DNA of 64,000 nucleotides from Branchiostoma belcheri (Eukaryota): NCBI RefSeq assembly GCF_001625305.1, contig NW_017802379.1, positions 4,277,479 to 4,341,478 of the forward strand, read 5' to 3'. Shown piece by piece: positions 36,163 to 48,796 of this stretch (position 1 is its first letter; each line of letters starts with the position of its first letter). The notes under the pieces were generated by a model. It saw only the letters and a program-made list of their open reading frames with translations, ran no database searches and was not told where the DNA came from. The position numbers and the translations under genes were made by a program.

Positions 36163-36500
36163 CTGTAGGGATAGGAAAATGAGAATATAAATGCTGAAAA
36201 CCGAGGAAAATACCCTCCGTTTTCTTTTCAAAACAGACACACCAAACAACATTCACATCTACACAGTTATACGTCTTTCCCTGATACTAAAAAGCAGCCA
36301 GATGCAAATAAAATACTTGTCTTTTACGTTCTATCAACTTGAGACCCGTCCTTGGTGCTGAACGCTATCCATTCATTATTACGCAGTTATTTTCCCCGCA
36401 GTCGTTCCTATTGCACTAAATAGAATTTATCATGACGGCTGGAAACGTTGTTTGAGACCACAAAGTTGTCGTCTCCCTAGTGTACACGGTATGTACTTAC

Positions 36501-36603
36501 ACGTGACGCTCATGTTGGTGGCATCGCTGAAGGCCTCCTTGATAAAGCCGGCGTGTTGCCTGCTGACTTTCCCCACCACTGTGTGGCCGTCCGGGCTGTA
36601 AAC
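36501..36603 (-). CDS. PLSCR: PLSCR exon 7 (VYSPDGHTVVGKVSRQHAGFIKEAFSDATNMSVT)
   Basis: Matches human [34 protein letters not shown]. Acceptor ttttgaatttag. Donor T|gtaagt. Confidence 0.85.
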
Positions 36604-36739
36604 CTAAATTCAAAATTCATACGGTACATTTCAGGTGCATTGAAACATTTTAGTGTGTCAGTAGACAACGAGGCTTTGAATTCATCAGACAAAATTTTAC
36701 GGAAGTTCGACACTACTCGTTTGACGCATGTGACGTCAC

Positions 36740-36860
36740 CTTGAAGTCTGTATCACATCTGTAGCAGGCGCCGCTCCAGATACAGCACGGGCCTTTCACG
36801 TCAAACACCGTCTCATGGTCCGCGTCACGCACGGAGTAGTGGGGCTTCCAACACGTACAT
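36740..36860 (-). CDS. PLSCR: PLSCR exon 6 (CTCWKPHYSVRDADHETVFDVKGPCCIWSGACYRCDTDFK)
   Basis: Matches human [40 protein letters not shown], including the Cys-rich palmitoylation motif. Acceptor ccctccccag. Donor AAG|gtgacg. Confidence 0.85.
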
Positions 36861-37073
36861 CTGGGGAGGGGAATATACAAGTCAGCACCGTCTCATGGTC
36901 CGCGATACCGTCGTTATCAAACTTTTCTTAATATTTCCCGGGTTCAAATCCCGAGAGCGCTAGGAGAGATCGTAACATTTTCCGTCACCCTGTTTTTTTC
37001 TCACACACGGGAAACGTTATCTTCTTCCCTTCTAACATCTAAATGTAGATTTATTCCTCTGTAAATGCCTCAC

Positions 37074-37204
37074 TGTTGTCGTGCATAACCGATGGTCGTT
37101 CCAGGCGGGGCTTGCACCTTGACCTCGTGGGCGGCGCACCCCAGGTTGGCACAGCAGGCGATCCCTCCGCAGCACTTAAACTTCCTCTTCACACGGATTA
37201 CTTC
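37074..37204 (-). CDS. PLSCR: PLSCR exon 5 (EVIRVKRKFKCCGGIACCANLGCAAHEVKVQAPPGTTIGYARQ)
   Basis: Matches human [32 protein letters not shown]. Acceptor tttcgccgtcag. Donor CA|gtgagg. Confidence 0.8.
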
Positions 37205-37373
37205 CTGACGGCGAAAGGAGACAACAGAAAAAAAAGTCGAGGATTAACCTAATGTTAATAGTTTGTGACGCGTGCACTCTGTTGTGATCAGACCATTTAC
37301 CGGTGATTGAATGAAAACAAAGTTAGCCCGGGTGTGTCTACCGTTATTTAAAATGAAAGGAAATGAAATGTAC

Positions 37374-37450
37374 CTTCTTGTCGTTGTCCACTACTACCAT
37401 CCGGAATCCGCGGCGCTTCCCGCAACACAGCCGCGTGCAGAAACTGGAAT
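37374..37450 (-). CDS. PLSCR: PLSCR exon 4 (SSFCTRLCCGKRRGFRMVVVDNDKK)
   Basis: Matches human [28 protein letters not shown]. Acceptor tcttcttcag. Donor AAG|gtacat. Confidence 0.8.
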
Positions 37451-37720
37451 CTGAAGAAGACGATTAACTGTTCATCGCTGAGAAACCACCGTTATCATAC
37501 CAACAATTTCAAATATACACATGGAATTTACATTATTTTGCACCTCCATGGTGACATCAATGACATTCTGAAGAATGGTATGGGGACGTCAAAGCGCAAA
37601 CCACTGTCTTTCGAACTCCAGCCGTCTGCTCTTTTTCAAGGTATCCGCACTTAATTTATATTAACTGATCTTAACTTTCTTGAGCTTTATGCTATACAGG
37701 ACATGAATCACTTGATCTCA

Positions 37721-37798
37721 CCTTCGTACGCGTAGTACACCTGCTGTCCCATGGAGTTCTTGATGACGTATTTGTTTTTGGTCTCGATGTCCGAGAAC
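37721..37798 (-). CDS. PLSCR: PLSCR exon 3 (FSDIETKNKYVIKNSMGQQVYYAYE)
   Basis: Matches human [25 protein letters not shown]. Acceptor cacacatgcag. Donor GAAG|gtgaga. Confidence 0.9.
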
Positions 37799-38554
37799 AC
37801 TGCATGTGTGGAGTGATAATCAACTAGTTATGCCATTCTGTGGACGATTCAATTTCAAAATTCGTTATTATATTTTTCTTTCCTATTAGCGTTCGATTGT
37901 CATCTCCTTCAAATATCTTCTTGTATCTTACTTTTGATATTCTTATCTTCTTGAAACAAAATTTAAATAAAAAGCAAGACTGACACAAACATACATGATA
38001 GAAAACACACAAGTGAATAAAATTTCTTACACAAAACATCACTGTTACACTACATGTGTCACACAGTAAAGTTATAAAAAAAACGACCAGCATCATATAG
38101 TTGAAACTAAAAACATATTTGAAGTATTATAAGCTTGAATATGCTGCTCCTGAGCAAGAAATTTGTTCTCTCTTGATAGAAGAAAACATATTTGAAATAT
38201 CAATAAAGACAATCATTAACATTCTGTGTGCAAAAAGCCACAGTTTGCCTGAAAATGTGCCTTTTGCATGCATGGTAACATAGGCCTTTCCTGCTTTTTC
38301 CGATGACCACAGGGCCGGAGGCTACCTCAAAACCAATTCCCTAGGGAATGCATTCGTGCAATTTTTGAAATTCTTTCAAAGCGATCGTAGTACTTACACA
38401 AATGCCTCCGCCCCTGAGGCGTCGCCAAAAAAAGTGCATGCATAGTCTGCTTGTCAGTAAACTACTGACTAATAAATAAACATTTAGATATTTACTTACA
38501 AAGTCTCGTAAACATTGCGCTTAACTAAACCGTAGTTTCAAAGGCTTCAGTCAC

Positions 38555-38687
38555 CTTCTAGTAGTTCTACTTTTTGCTTGACCAGCAGTTGGTCGATTTG
38601 TGTGAGGTACTCCAGCCCGGGAGGACAGCCAATAGGAACCGGCGCCTGGTCTGCCAGGACCACGTGACTCGGCTGGGCTGTGATAGG
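38555..38687 (-). CDS. PLSCR: PLSCR exon 2 ([44 protein letters not shown])
   Basis: Matches human ...[26 protein letters not shown]. Acceptor atccgccag. Donor GAAG|gtgact. Confidence 0.85.
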
Positions 38688-38834
38688 CTGGCGGATGTAT
38701 GACGTCACAAAGGTCAATGTCATGGTGCACGCGCACAAGAATGACAAAAAGATGACATCAATGCATTGATTTTAATCTTTAAAATGGAAAATCAAATCAT
38801 TCGATCCTTTTCTAAACTTGAATCTTAAGCTTAC

Positions 38835-38882
38835 TTCAAGTTCAACCTGCACCTCCGGTTTCTCTACAGCTGGCGCGGCCAT
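38835..38882 (-). CDS. PLSCR: PLSCR exon 1 (MAAPAVEKPEVQVELE)
   Basis: ATG at 38882-38880. Donor GAA|gtaagc. Phase 0 is consistent with exon 2. The N-terminus is short and lacks the long Pro-rich region of vertebrate PLSCR1. The model is 263 aa. Confidence 0.55.
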
Positions 38883-41800
38883 GGTTTGTAGACTCCAGTC
38901 TCCTGACGATGGAAGACTTGTTGTTGTCTCAGTGTATTATACTAGGCCTCGGTCACTCCGTTATCTATTGTACCGTATCTTTTCTGCAAACATATGATAT
39001 GTAAGAGAAATTTTAGTTATTTTGGTCGAATTCCTAAACCAGCCTGGATGATAATCTTGTTAAGTAAGTTGGTCCTTTACCTCTAATGGCCCTTTCTTTG
39101 AGAAATGGTCTTGGTGCACTCAGCGTGACACTTGAAGATCGGTAAAGTGGCACTCAGAATCTCGATTAAATCTTATCGCATCATTCTAGGAGAATGGTTT
39201 TACGTGCGCCCTTGTTCGTGGGGTCAAACCGTTAATAACCACGGGGTCGGGTGGGAAAGAGCTTGGGTACTGTTCAGGGAAGTAAGTGTGTGTTTCCAGC
39301 GTTGATGAATCATATTACTACTAGTATGTCATGTGCTCAAAGGTATGAAACTAACCCTCACACCCGTTTCTTAACGTTTGTCTCAAAAAAGGGGAGCTTT
39401 CAAGCATAACGTTATATCTATTATTTACAAATTATCTCATCTATGATTCCCAAGGGCACGAGTCCCGGAAATCAAGGACAGGATGTCCTGCAGCCTGGTA
39501 CCAGCCCATCGCGAGCTTCTCATCGGTACTGGGAGTGTCACCCGCCCGCCTAGCTCATTCATTCAACTTCGGGAAATTTTACGGGACAGGAGTCAGTTAT
39601 AATGGATCATAAAGATACGATTGTAATAATGTTATCTGGGATGTTTACCAGACTAGGATGTCAACGCCCGTTGATTAATATTAGCCTGGGTTCCATCCGG
39701 ATTTTCGCTACGCAACGCTCGAGGCGTTGGCACTGAACGGAAAACAACCACCGTCAGAAAAATAACTCAGAACTTCCGTAAAAATCACATGCAGACATGT
39801 ACCTTACGGTCCTTACCCATCAAGCATGACAACAATGCCCTTGCGGCTAATAGCACAACCCAGCACAACCAAAACACTGTATTCAATGTCACCCGGTGTG
39901 AACTCCGGGGACGAAACATTAAGGTTAGGGTGTGGTCGGGATATGTTCATGTACAGGTAAAACCAGCACACCTGTGTGTCGGTAAAAGGCTAGTACTGTA
40001 ACCACACGAGTTAAGGATATGTAAGGGATCACTCCCTGTGTTAGAATCTGTGTAGAGATGTATGTTTACACTTCACACAAAAACGTCAAGAAGCAGAGAA
40101 CGCTGACTCCCCCTACTCACGAACAGGTGGGATTTTAAGCCACTTCTCTGTACGTAAGACATGGAATACAGTCACTCACCTGTAGAAAGGAGAGATCGTC
40201 GTCGATATGACTTCACACTTGCTTGCTGTGTTGTTGTCCTGCCCCGGAACTGTATGCAGATTCTAGGCGCGGCATTTCAGGGGAGCAGCTCAAATTTCAG
40301 GCCCTTAATTATGCCACACAGAACATAGCACGCGATTCAGCGACAATGCTTTCCCCGTGCATCTAAACATCCTCACAGGTAGTCGAACAGCTACTTGAAT
40401 TTTAGTGGTGCAGATAGACAGTCAGGAATTCGATTCTTTAGATGATTATAAAGACAATGAAAGCGAATGAGACACAAAATTTGGAGCCGAAGCTTTTGCG
40501 ATCTTTTGTTCGTGTCATGTACGATGCCGAGTACCGCCAGCTCAGCTGCGCCAGCTGTTGCCCTTCAAACGGTGCATGTTCGTTTACAGTATGACTTTTC
40601 TAGGCTCAAAGATGGGGACACATTTACCCCCTAAGACTTCTCCTTGTCTACAGTGCTATTGTGTTACTGAGCAGTACTCCTGAAAATAAACTCAATCTTT
40701 GACAGTTATGACAGTATTCAACGTCATGACCATATTGATAAAGGAGCGCATTTATATATATATAAATGTCTACTAATAGATTACTCAAGCAATCATGAAA
40801 GACACAAATAGTGTTCATCTTCATCAATTTATTTACACTGATATGATACAGTAAATGTACTACCGCATGCCTTCCATAGGAATAGCAATTCTGTAGTGTC
40901 AAACGCCTCTTCGGTAAAAGCAAGTAAAGTTGTCGATGCCTGACTAAACAGCTGCGTCATCTAACGCTGGTAGGAGGTAGTACATGTGAGGTCGGTCCTG
41001 CATGATTTACAGGTGTCACGGGATGAGAAATGTTTCCAACTTTCATGCTAGTCAGAGAGGCTGACAAAAATACACGTGCCTGGTACCATACATGGGAGTA
41101 GATAATGAAACATATATAGCAGAACGCAATAAATAGAAAATCTGTGTCAACTCAAGAGAAATAGCGCTCTAAGGTTATGTAGTGCGATAAACAAAACGCA
41201 ATTTCTTTGGCTGTCAATACAAGTATGCGGCATGCACACTCGAACCGTTTTTACACTTTTACCGCAGCCATATGTACAAAGCAGCCATTTCAGCTTCACA
41301 TAGTAGTATCATAAATACATGTACAGTAAATAAGGGATATGGAAAACATTGTCGAACTCTTTGAAAAAATGATACAATTATTACATGAAAATGCAAGCTG
41401 TCAACCGTCAGCCTGTTGTACAATGGTGTCGTTACAGCTCGCTAGGAGTCTCTCGTGGACTGCATTGTGTGGTGTTGGGGCTCTGGATAGACGTCTGGAC
41501 TATTTTACTATTAACTCATCTGACAACGTCGCGGTACACTCGTATAAAACTTAACTGGAACCCCAGAACGTGCACAAGTGATGCATGTACTTAAGCAGTA
41601 GTGATTCTTGCTATGCAAATATTTCGTACATTGAAGATGATTTCAATGACAAAATCATCGTCACTAATAGACGTTTTGGCAATAGACATTGTCCAGCAAT
41701 GGCGAGGACAAGAGCCCATTAGTCGTAGACTGCGCTTCGTAGCAATTCTATAATATATATGATGTGCTTATTTTGACAAATTTGCCAATGGTCATTCGTG

Positions 41801-42042
41801 CTGTCAAGGGAAACGTGTGTCCAGTTTTCAGCCTTTTCACTGATGACATCTGGCGTTGGGTTGTACTATCATTGTACTGTATAGAATGATGCAGCCTTTG
41901 CATAGCTCATGATAGGAGGGATATAAAGCATTTGTGATAGAGACGGATCGTTACTCATTGAGTACCAATATAAAGGATTCAAAAAGTTGGCTAGCATTTC
42001 TGTTGACAGAATGTTGAAGAATGTAATATATGCTAAAGATCA

Positions 42043-42358
42043 CTAGTAATAACTTCTTGCAATGTTCCTTGTTGGACCCATAAGACCACGAAGGATCTTC
42101 TTGGATTTTACTTTGCGTTTGGATGCCTTCGGTTTGTTGGACATGAATGGCCTCCTCTTGGAACTTCTCTCTTCCGACGACCTGCTGTTGTAGTTGTCGT
42201 TGTAATTGTCGTTGTTATTGTTGTTGTTGTTGTTGTTCTTCATTTCGTCCTGGGGAATCATTTTGCTCGGCTCGTGCTTCATTGGAAGCATTTTGTTTGG
42301 CTCGTATTTCATTGGTTGTCTCAGCGTAGCCAATGTGGTCATCCCGTATTTGTAGCAC
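42043..42358 (-). CDS. PLA2G3: Group III secreted phospholipase A2-like (PLA2G3 / bee-venom type), terminal exon with a poly-Asn and Lys-rich tail
   Basis: Acceptor ctgttgcacag. Encodes (G)CYKYGMTTLATLRQP..., matching human PLA2G3 WWGGCRMYGTVPLARLQP. Continues through MKYEPNKM/LPMKHEPSKM repeats, N9 DNYNDNYN, and a basic tail to the stop at 42043-42045. Confidence 0.75.
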
Positions 42359-42627
42359 CTGTGCAACAGAGATGTTGACTTTAGTGAACAATCTTTGGTA
42401 ATGGTTGACGGCGTTCAAATTATAAAATTGTAAGACACAAGCGATGCAAGGAGGAAATGAATGTGCGTTTTAACTTTTCACTTTTACCACTGTTTTTACA
42501 AAACTTTAACCATATATATTGCTGTTGTCATGCTAAAAGTACATGGTCCTACGTCCATGTCATGTGTGATTGGCTGAATACAACTATGTGGGAATGTGGG
42601 ACCTGTGGAAAAGGCTGCAGTACTTAC

Positions 42628-42762
42628 CCTCCCCACCAGGAGCGCTTCAGACAGCCGTGCTCCTCGTTGAGGTCGAAGCACGGCGGCTGCCCGGCGTTGA
42701 AGAAGATCTTGCCGACCATGTGAGCCACGGGGTTCCTGGTCGACTGGAGGCAGTTGTAGAAT
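42628..42762 (-). CDS. PLA2G3: PLA2G3-like exon (RFYNCLQSTRNPVAHMVGKIFFNAGQPPCFDLNEEHGCLKRSWWG)
   Basis: Matches bee-venom PLA2 KFYDCLKNSADTISSYFVGKMYFNLIDTKCYKLEHPVTGCGER and human PLA2G3 [46 protein letters not shown]. Acceptor ttccacag. Donor GG|gtaagt. Confidence 0.85.
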
Positions 42763-43340
42763 CTGTGGAAACACGAACAAAAATAAACATTAGTGGCCAC
42801 TTCCTAGTACATCAACTATCTGGAGGAGTTTCCATTTCAACTTGATCAAAGTTTCCATCTCAACTTGATCAGCCTTGTAGCGAACAAAACATATAAAACA
42901 TAGTCATATAAAATGTTACCTTGTAAGGCTATACAATTCCTTATCCTTTAATCCCCACTTCCTCTCCTTTAAGATTTTATCGTCGTTATACAATTTCTCA
43001 CATAATTCAGGGAACAGTTGAAGCAGGTTTAGGAGGTAAAAACGCCAAAGGCTTTGCTTGGAGAACGACTTCTCGTGAAAAATGGACGGAAACGTTACTT
43101 AAGAGTGTGTGGATAGCCTGAAGGATGTTGGGTATTTCTCAGTAATACCCCACACCTCGACCCGCCCCAGGAAATACCCTCCATTATGGCTTTAATGAGT
43201 TTCTGCGTCTTTTGAAAGGAAAGGTACGGGATTTATTTAGGGAAAGGGTTGCCGGGTCAGGCAGGATAGTTAGCCGTAGGGAAAGTGAGGTAGAACTTTG
43301 CCGTCGATGTAAAACCAATGAGGTTATAGGGGGACTCCAT

Positions 43341-43548
43341 TAGCCTCTACCAGGCTTCGGGAGGCGGCTGAAAAGAGTAGAAATTGGCCAAATAGACCAG
43401 CAGACCAACTGCCAGGGGAGTTGGTCTGCTGGAGAGAACCCAAGCGGCAAAATGGACTCTCTAGCGGACCAACTCCCCTGGCATGCTATCTCTCTATTTG
43501 GCCGATTTCTACTCTTTCCAGCCGTCTCCCGAAGCCTGGTAGAGGCTA
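43341..43548. mobile_element. MITE of ~208 bp with ~50-bp terminal inverted repeats and an 8-bp target-site duplication GACTCCAT (hAT-like), inside the large PLA2G3-like intron
   Basis: Left end tagcctctaccaggcttcgggaggcggctgaaaagagtagaaattggccaaatag. The right end is its reverse complement ...ctatttggccgatttctactctttccagccgtctcccgaagcctggtagaggcta. gactccat is present immediately outside both ends. There is an internal second palindrome (ccagcagaccaact/agttggtctgctgg). Confidence 0.65.
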
Positions 43549-46500
43549 AGACTCCATGGTCAGAATAAGACAGGGTAGCCCAGAAGGGAGCGACAAGTGG
43601 GGGTCTGTGAAAACCGCAGAGGAACGCAAAGATACGCGTAACGGATGTATTACTAATCCTCCTGATTTTTAAGACGTGCAGAAACTGACGTGAAGGTGTA
43701 ACTTCAAACCTGGCGCGGAAATTAGCGCTGCCAAAACTTCCCTTTCTTCTACTATGGCTTCTCTGAGTGTTCACGGTTGATGTACAAGGCCCACCCAGAA
43801 GCGGCAGTTAGGGATAGAATACGGCAGACCTCTAGCTTTCCCCAGGTTTCCTCTCCCACACCTATCGGCCGGGTCGGTCGGCGCCAGGCAAGTTTCAGTC
43901 CGGTACTGTAGGTGACCTAGTGTTTCCCGTGTCACTGTACGATATATACAGCGTGACTATGACTTACAGGTCCGATTAAATGGCAGTCTGAAGAGCAAAG
44001 CAATGGTTCGTATTTTTGTTGGCGCGAAAGATGATTACGTTTTGTGACGGTTAGGCTTTTCTAACATGCATATCTATTGGGTCAGAGACGCCGGGCCGTT
44101 GGAAAACGTAGCGATGGTTCGCACCAATATCTGCTTGGAGATTAGGTTAAAGTTTATTGCTTTTAGTAACGACGTTTTTGTTGAAATATCGTAAATCATT
44201 CTGAGCCTTTTGTGACTAAACCTGCCACGAAGATGTATGTGACGCCATGAACTATGCGAAGAATGTCTAATCACCTATTGTAAAAAAAGTTTACTTAAAC
44301 AGGTAAAACTGCCCAAAACACGGCAGAAAAAATGCCAAACATGCTAAAGAGGAATTCTATCGGTGGTCAAGCATTCCTGCTATGCTTTTTTTCGGCTCTC
44401 TGCGTCCTTTTTTAAAGACTCTTTCGCCGGTGTCTTGGTTGCTAGGATACGGCCGGAACACCTGCTTGTCCCGCGCAGGGATTTTACCTGGGCGCACGTG
44501 CCGACATTTGTGGTGTAAATTTTGTCGCGACCGCCCCCGGCCGGTTTCTTACCGCACTTAAAGCGAGACCACCACCCTGACAAAAACCACCAAACCATGG
44601 GGAGTAGATCGACTTCTCAGTGAAGAAGGCGTCTGTGTTGGGAGATGGAGAAACACGATACAGCTTTTCGCTTCGGGCTATTTGAGATAACATTGAAATC
44701 TCTTCTTTCATTTCGTAAATCGTAAGGAGCATTTTGAAGATCGGGTGCCAGTTTATTTGCTGTTCTCAAAATTAAGCTAGTGAATCCACCAATGCAGGGA
44801 ATGTAGCGAACAGAATCAGCGTGTGCAAATGTTCGGATACCTTCACTCACAGTCTGCAAACAGGTGTTCATTGTGCTGAGGACGGATCGTAGTTTCTTGG
44901 TAGTCTTTTGTTCAATAATGACGTTATGCGAGAAACATGAGGACGCCATTTTTCAGATACAGGAGTACTTCCGTATCTTTGAAAGGGGTAAACACATTTG
45001 TTTGTTGTCAGAAACAAAATAAAACAGGTTTACCAATTACAATGTTATCTTGTCGTCTCTTCCCCGATGAAAAGATGCGTGTGTTTATACCATTAGAACA
45101 GACCACCAACGCGCAGTGACAAATAGACATTGTCTACCCGATCATCATTGATAAGGAAATGCCTTGAAAGAGATACAGAGTTAACAATTATCACTTGTTC
45201 TCCTTACAAAGTAACTTCAAAACGCTTGAATAGACTTCAAAAGGCCATCCTAACCGAATGCGAAAAGGCGTGCAAGCTATCGGTTTGCGTTTTCTTCCAG
45301 TCAAAAGTGAAAAGATCATTCGCCATCTCCTGACGAAGCGTCGCCATGCGGCGATTTGTATAGCTGCAGCTTAGCCTACCTCATTGGAAAGTAATGTCCG
45401 GAAAAATGCTGGCTTTCTGCGAACAACGAGATTGGTATTAGACAGATTACAGGGCGGTTGTTTGGCCTGAGTCACCGAGGACACAGTTTCAAAGGGAAAG
45501 GTCGGGGAATAATTACATCGTGCGCGCTCGGCCTGTCATCTGACAGTCTGGATGTCACTTGACCCACGAGACGACTTGCACCTGCAGTAAGCTAGAGGAA
45601 ACCGTCGGAAATCTGGGCCTGCAAACCTGTACTTACCGCGTGCTTCATGACTATTTTCCCCCATATACCCCTTAAGATAAAGAAAGATTGGAGACGAGGT
45701 ACCCAGTGTTTAGTGACAAGGCTCGGCGTCAAGAAAAGCCCGCCTCCGAAAGCAGCCAAATGTAGCTGACAGCTTTTCGATGCGCTCGTTTAGATTTGTC
45801 ACGTTGAAAAGTGAAAGAAGAATCTAAAATCAGTGGTCTTAGAGTTTGAAATTAACGTTTTTCTGTGATGTTTTACTGTGCTAATTTGTCGTCGGTTGTC
45901 CGGGTATAAATCTTCTACCAGACCAATTTTCTTATCGGCTAACACTAGTCTCCGGCCCGTCCCATACCGGTTGGACGGTAACATGTCATTTCGTCTCTCG
46001 CACATAATTTATCATCCCGACGACAGCGACTTAACGACTTACGGTAATCCTTTAATGCCTACTGATTAACTCCATAAAAAACTTGATTTCACGTATTTTC
46101 TTAAGGCTGAGGATGCCACCTGCTGGGTTTTGGGTCAAATTTGGGGGTTGAAGTTGTGGATTTTGTACACCTGGGCCTATAGGTGATCACTCGGTACCTT
46201 AAGGGCACGTGTTACGCAGGTTTTGGGGCGGAAGGCTTTGAAGGGATGAACTGAAATGATGAGAGTTGGCAGGTCGCACCTCAAGAATATCGACTTACAT
46301 TCCTGAGAAAATAGACGCACGTTTTGTGCCGCCCGAACGAATAGACAAACAGCGGAGGAATTTCACCCCGGTACTGGCGGGAAACATTATCTGGCGATTA
46401 CAAATGTTGTTCGTACACACCTGAGGTCGTCCCCTTAAACAAACGTCAACACAGCGGGGAATGTTGCGGTCGCGTACCTGCGGTGTTCGGCACAACGTAC

Positions 46501-47989
46501 GGCGTACTGCACGCCGACCGCAACATGGCCAGCAAACTATGGGAGGGACCCAATGTAACATTACCTAAGAACGTACGGAGATGAGATCGCTGAGAGACTA
46601 TGCTGTCTACTCACATACATGTGCCAGTTTCTTACTTCTCGTACTCAAAATCTGTACTCTCTATACACTGGGGATGTTGTGTGCGAGTAGTTTTTACTAC
46701 ACAGACGGACAGAATTAAAACACGAGTTACCTAACAGTCCTTCAAACCAATGGTTTATTGACACCTGTACACTGCTGTTGTTGCCGTGTTTAGTCCTCGA
46801 TTGTGTGTTGTATAGAAGTGAGTAACGGCACCAAACAAAATAGTGTGGGAATATTCCGAACCGGAGGGGGTACATATTATTTAGTACATATATATGGCAC
46901 AAATATTTGCTACAGACTTTATAGAAAGAGCGTGGGAAAAGAGCGGGTTTCTGTTACCAGGGGGCCAGCCCGACTGTTTCATGCCGCATTCTATCAACAA
47001 AAACGCCGCATCACCTGCGAGAGGACGTTCTTTTCAAGCCGGCCTCAGAAGACTTGGCGACAGCCGGGGACAAAGGCATGAACACACGGAGCACAATGTC
47101 TGGCCATCAACACTTGAAACTCAAGCGTGAGAAAATGGAGCGGCACGCGCTGACCCCACTTCGAAGGTCTTGTTGCAAGTTGAACCAGACAAACGTCCCT
47201 ACAATGGATTATGAAACCACAAACATTACCAGCCTAACCTGATACCGGTGAGACGGGCCCGGTAAGGGGCACGGAGTCTTGTTTGGTCACCCACGGGACA
47301 ACTAGTCAATATTGTCGGGGAAAGGGAGAATCCGACTGGGCCTTTGTTTGGGTGACGACAGGTGCGCTAAACGGTGGAAGGACGGAGCAGGTTTGTGGGA
47401 CCCTGCCCTTAATGACGTCCATCACAACAGATGTTTGCAACCCTTGCTCGTGAGAACCTCGTCTCGACTGGTCTTCAAGCAGATGTATGACCCCGGCTTG
47501 TTTTCACATTTCTTTTCTGACAGCGTTATGTATTATTTTCCTGTATTATGTGTTCTTTTTCTGTTCATCTTTGCTCAAGCGTGCATCAACAGAGAAATAT
47601 ACAAAACGGGCCACAAAAACGCAAAACAGGCAGGAGACACATATTCCCCTGGAGATAATACTCCATAGTGAAGGAATGTCGGTCAGGGGGCGTCCTGTCA
47701 GGGTCTTATAGATCAAAGGTAGCCGTACAGGAGTTCAGACGAGACAAGACGGAAAAGGAAAGATAGCTCATACCCAAGAAGTCAAAACACCCCTCCCACA
47801 CCTTCTCTTCCTGCTCTAATCCTTCTCCTCCTTCCGTTTCGCGCCTCCCACTTTTCTTAATCCTCTTCCTTATCCGTAAAACCTCCCCTTCAATCGTCCT
47901 TAATATGTCATTGTAAACTATCCCCGTGCCCAGGTATGTCTATCCGCGTACGTTTAATTTCTTAAGCTCACTTTCCCTTATTTTTCTTT

Positions 47990-48232
47990 TGCCCTCTTTC
48001 CTTCTTTTCCTTCCTCTTGTCTTCAGTACTCTCCCATAATGTTTTTCTTTCTTTCCTTATCCTACATCTCTCCTACCTCCTCTCACCCCTCCCTCCATCT
48101 TTCCTTTTTGCCCCTTTCCTTCTTTTCCTTCCCCTTGGCTTCAGTCCTCTCTCATCTTGTTTTTCTCCCTCCCCTTATCCTACATTCGCCCTACCTCTCC
48201 TCTCACCTATCCCTCCCTCATTCCCTCCCGGT
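47990..48232. repeat. Two tandem copies of a ~122-bp pyrimidine(CT)-rich unit within a ~475-bp polypyrimidine tract (47760-48235), abutting the donor of the PLA2 catalytic exon
   Basis: Unit 1 is ttgccctctttccttcttttccttcctcttgtcttcagtactctccc...ccctccatctttccttt. Unit 2 is ttgcccctttccttcttttccttccccttggcttcagtcctctctc...ccctcattccctcc. Confidence 0.7.
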
Positions 48233-48246
48233 AGCCCCATCCTCAC

Positions 48247-48393
48247 CTGTCGTCGCAGTCGCAGTGTGACAGCGTGTGGAAGCGGACGTTGAAGAAGCCG
48301 TACGCCGTGGAGAAGCCAGGGATGCGGTGTTCGCAGTGGTCGTGTTCCCGACAGCACCTGTCCACCTCCGCCTCCTCTCCCAGGTCATCAAAC
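48247..48393 (-). CDS. PLA2G3: PLA2G3-like catalytic exon (FDDLGEEAEVDRCCREHDHCEHRIPGFSTAYGFFNVRFHTLSHCDCDD)
   Basis: The CCxxHDxC active site and SHCDCDD match human PLA2G3 [39 protein letters not shown]. Acceptor cttttgcttgcag. Donor AG|gtgagg. A 5.5-kb intron follows downstream. Confidence 0.85.
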
Positions 48394-48796
48394 CTGCAAG
48401 CAAAAGGAGAAAATAAAGAAATCAATTAAGTACCCTTCAATTTTAAAGTGAAACACGAATATCAAACGTACGAAATATTTCTTATTAAGAAGGTGTGGTT
48501 ATTCCCAGGATCCCGATCAATTGTAGATTTTACTCGCACTTAAAATCACAAGATGTTCTTTGAGATTAACCTCGCGTACTAAACCCACGGTATCGTCTCT
48601 GGCAAGACGACACATCCTGACAGCTTCTCTTCCCGACGAAGGGTCACTTCTCAGATACCGTGGTTGAAATCTTCACTCGGGGGCGTCCTTACAAACAGTA
48701 TTAACACATCCAACCTGCCATTCCAGGCATTCCACACAGCGCTGGTTACAAAGAACAAGCCCTCGGCCAGGCCGGCTGCATCGCCTGTGGACGCAC

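Noticed and set aside
44380-44949. Three overlapping minus-strand ORFs (72, 82 and 110 aa) in three frames inside the PLA2 intron.
   Set aside because: No recognisable domains, frames mutually exclusive, no splice signals linking them. Possibly a decayed element.
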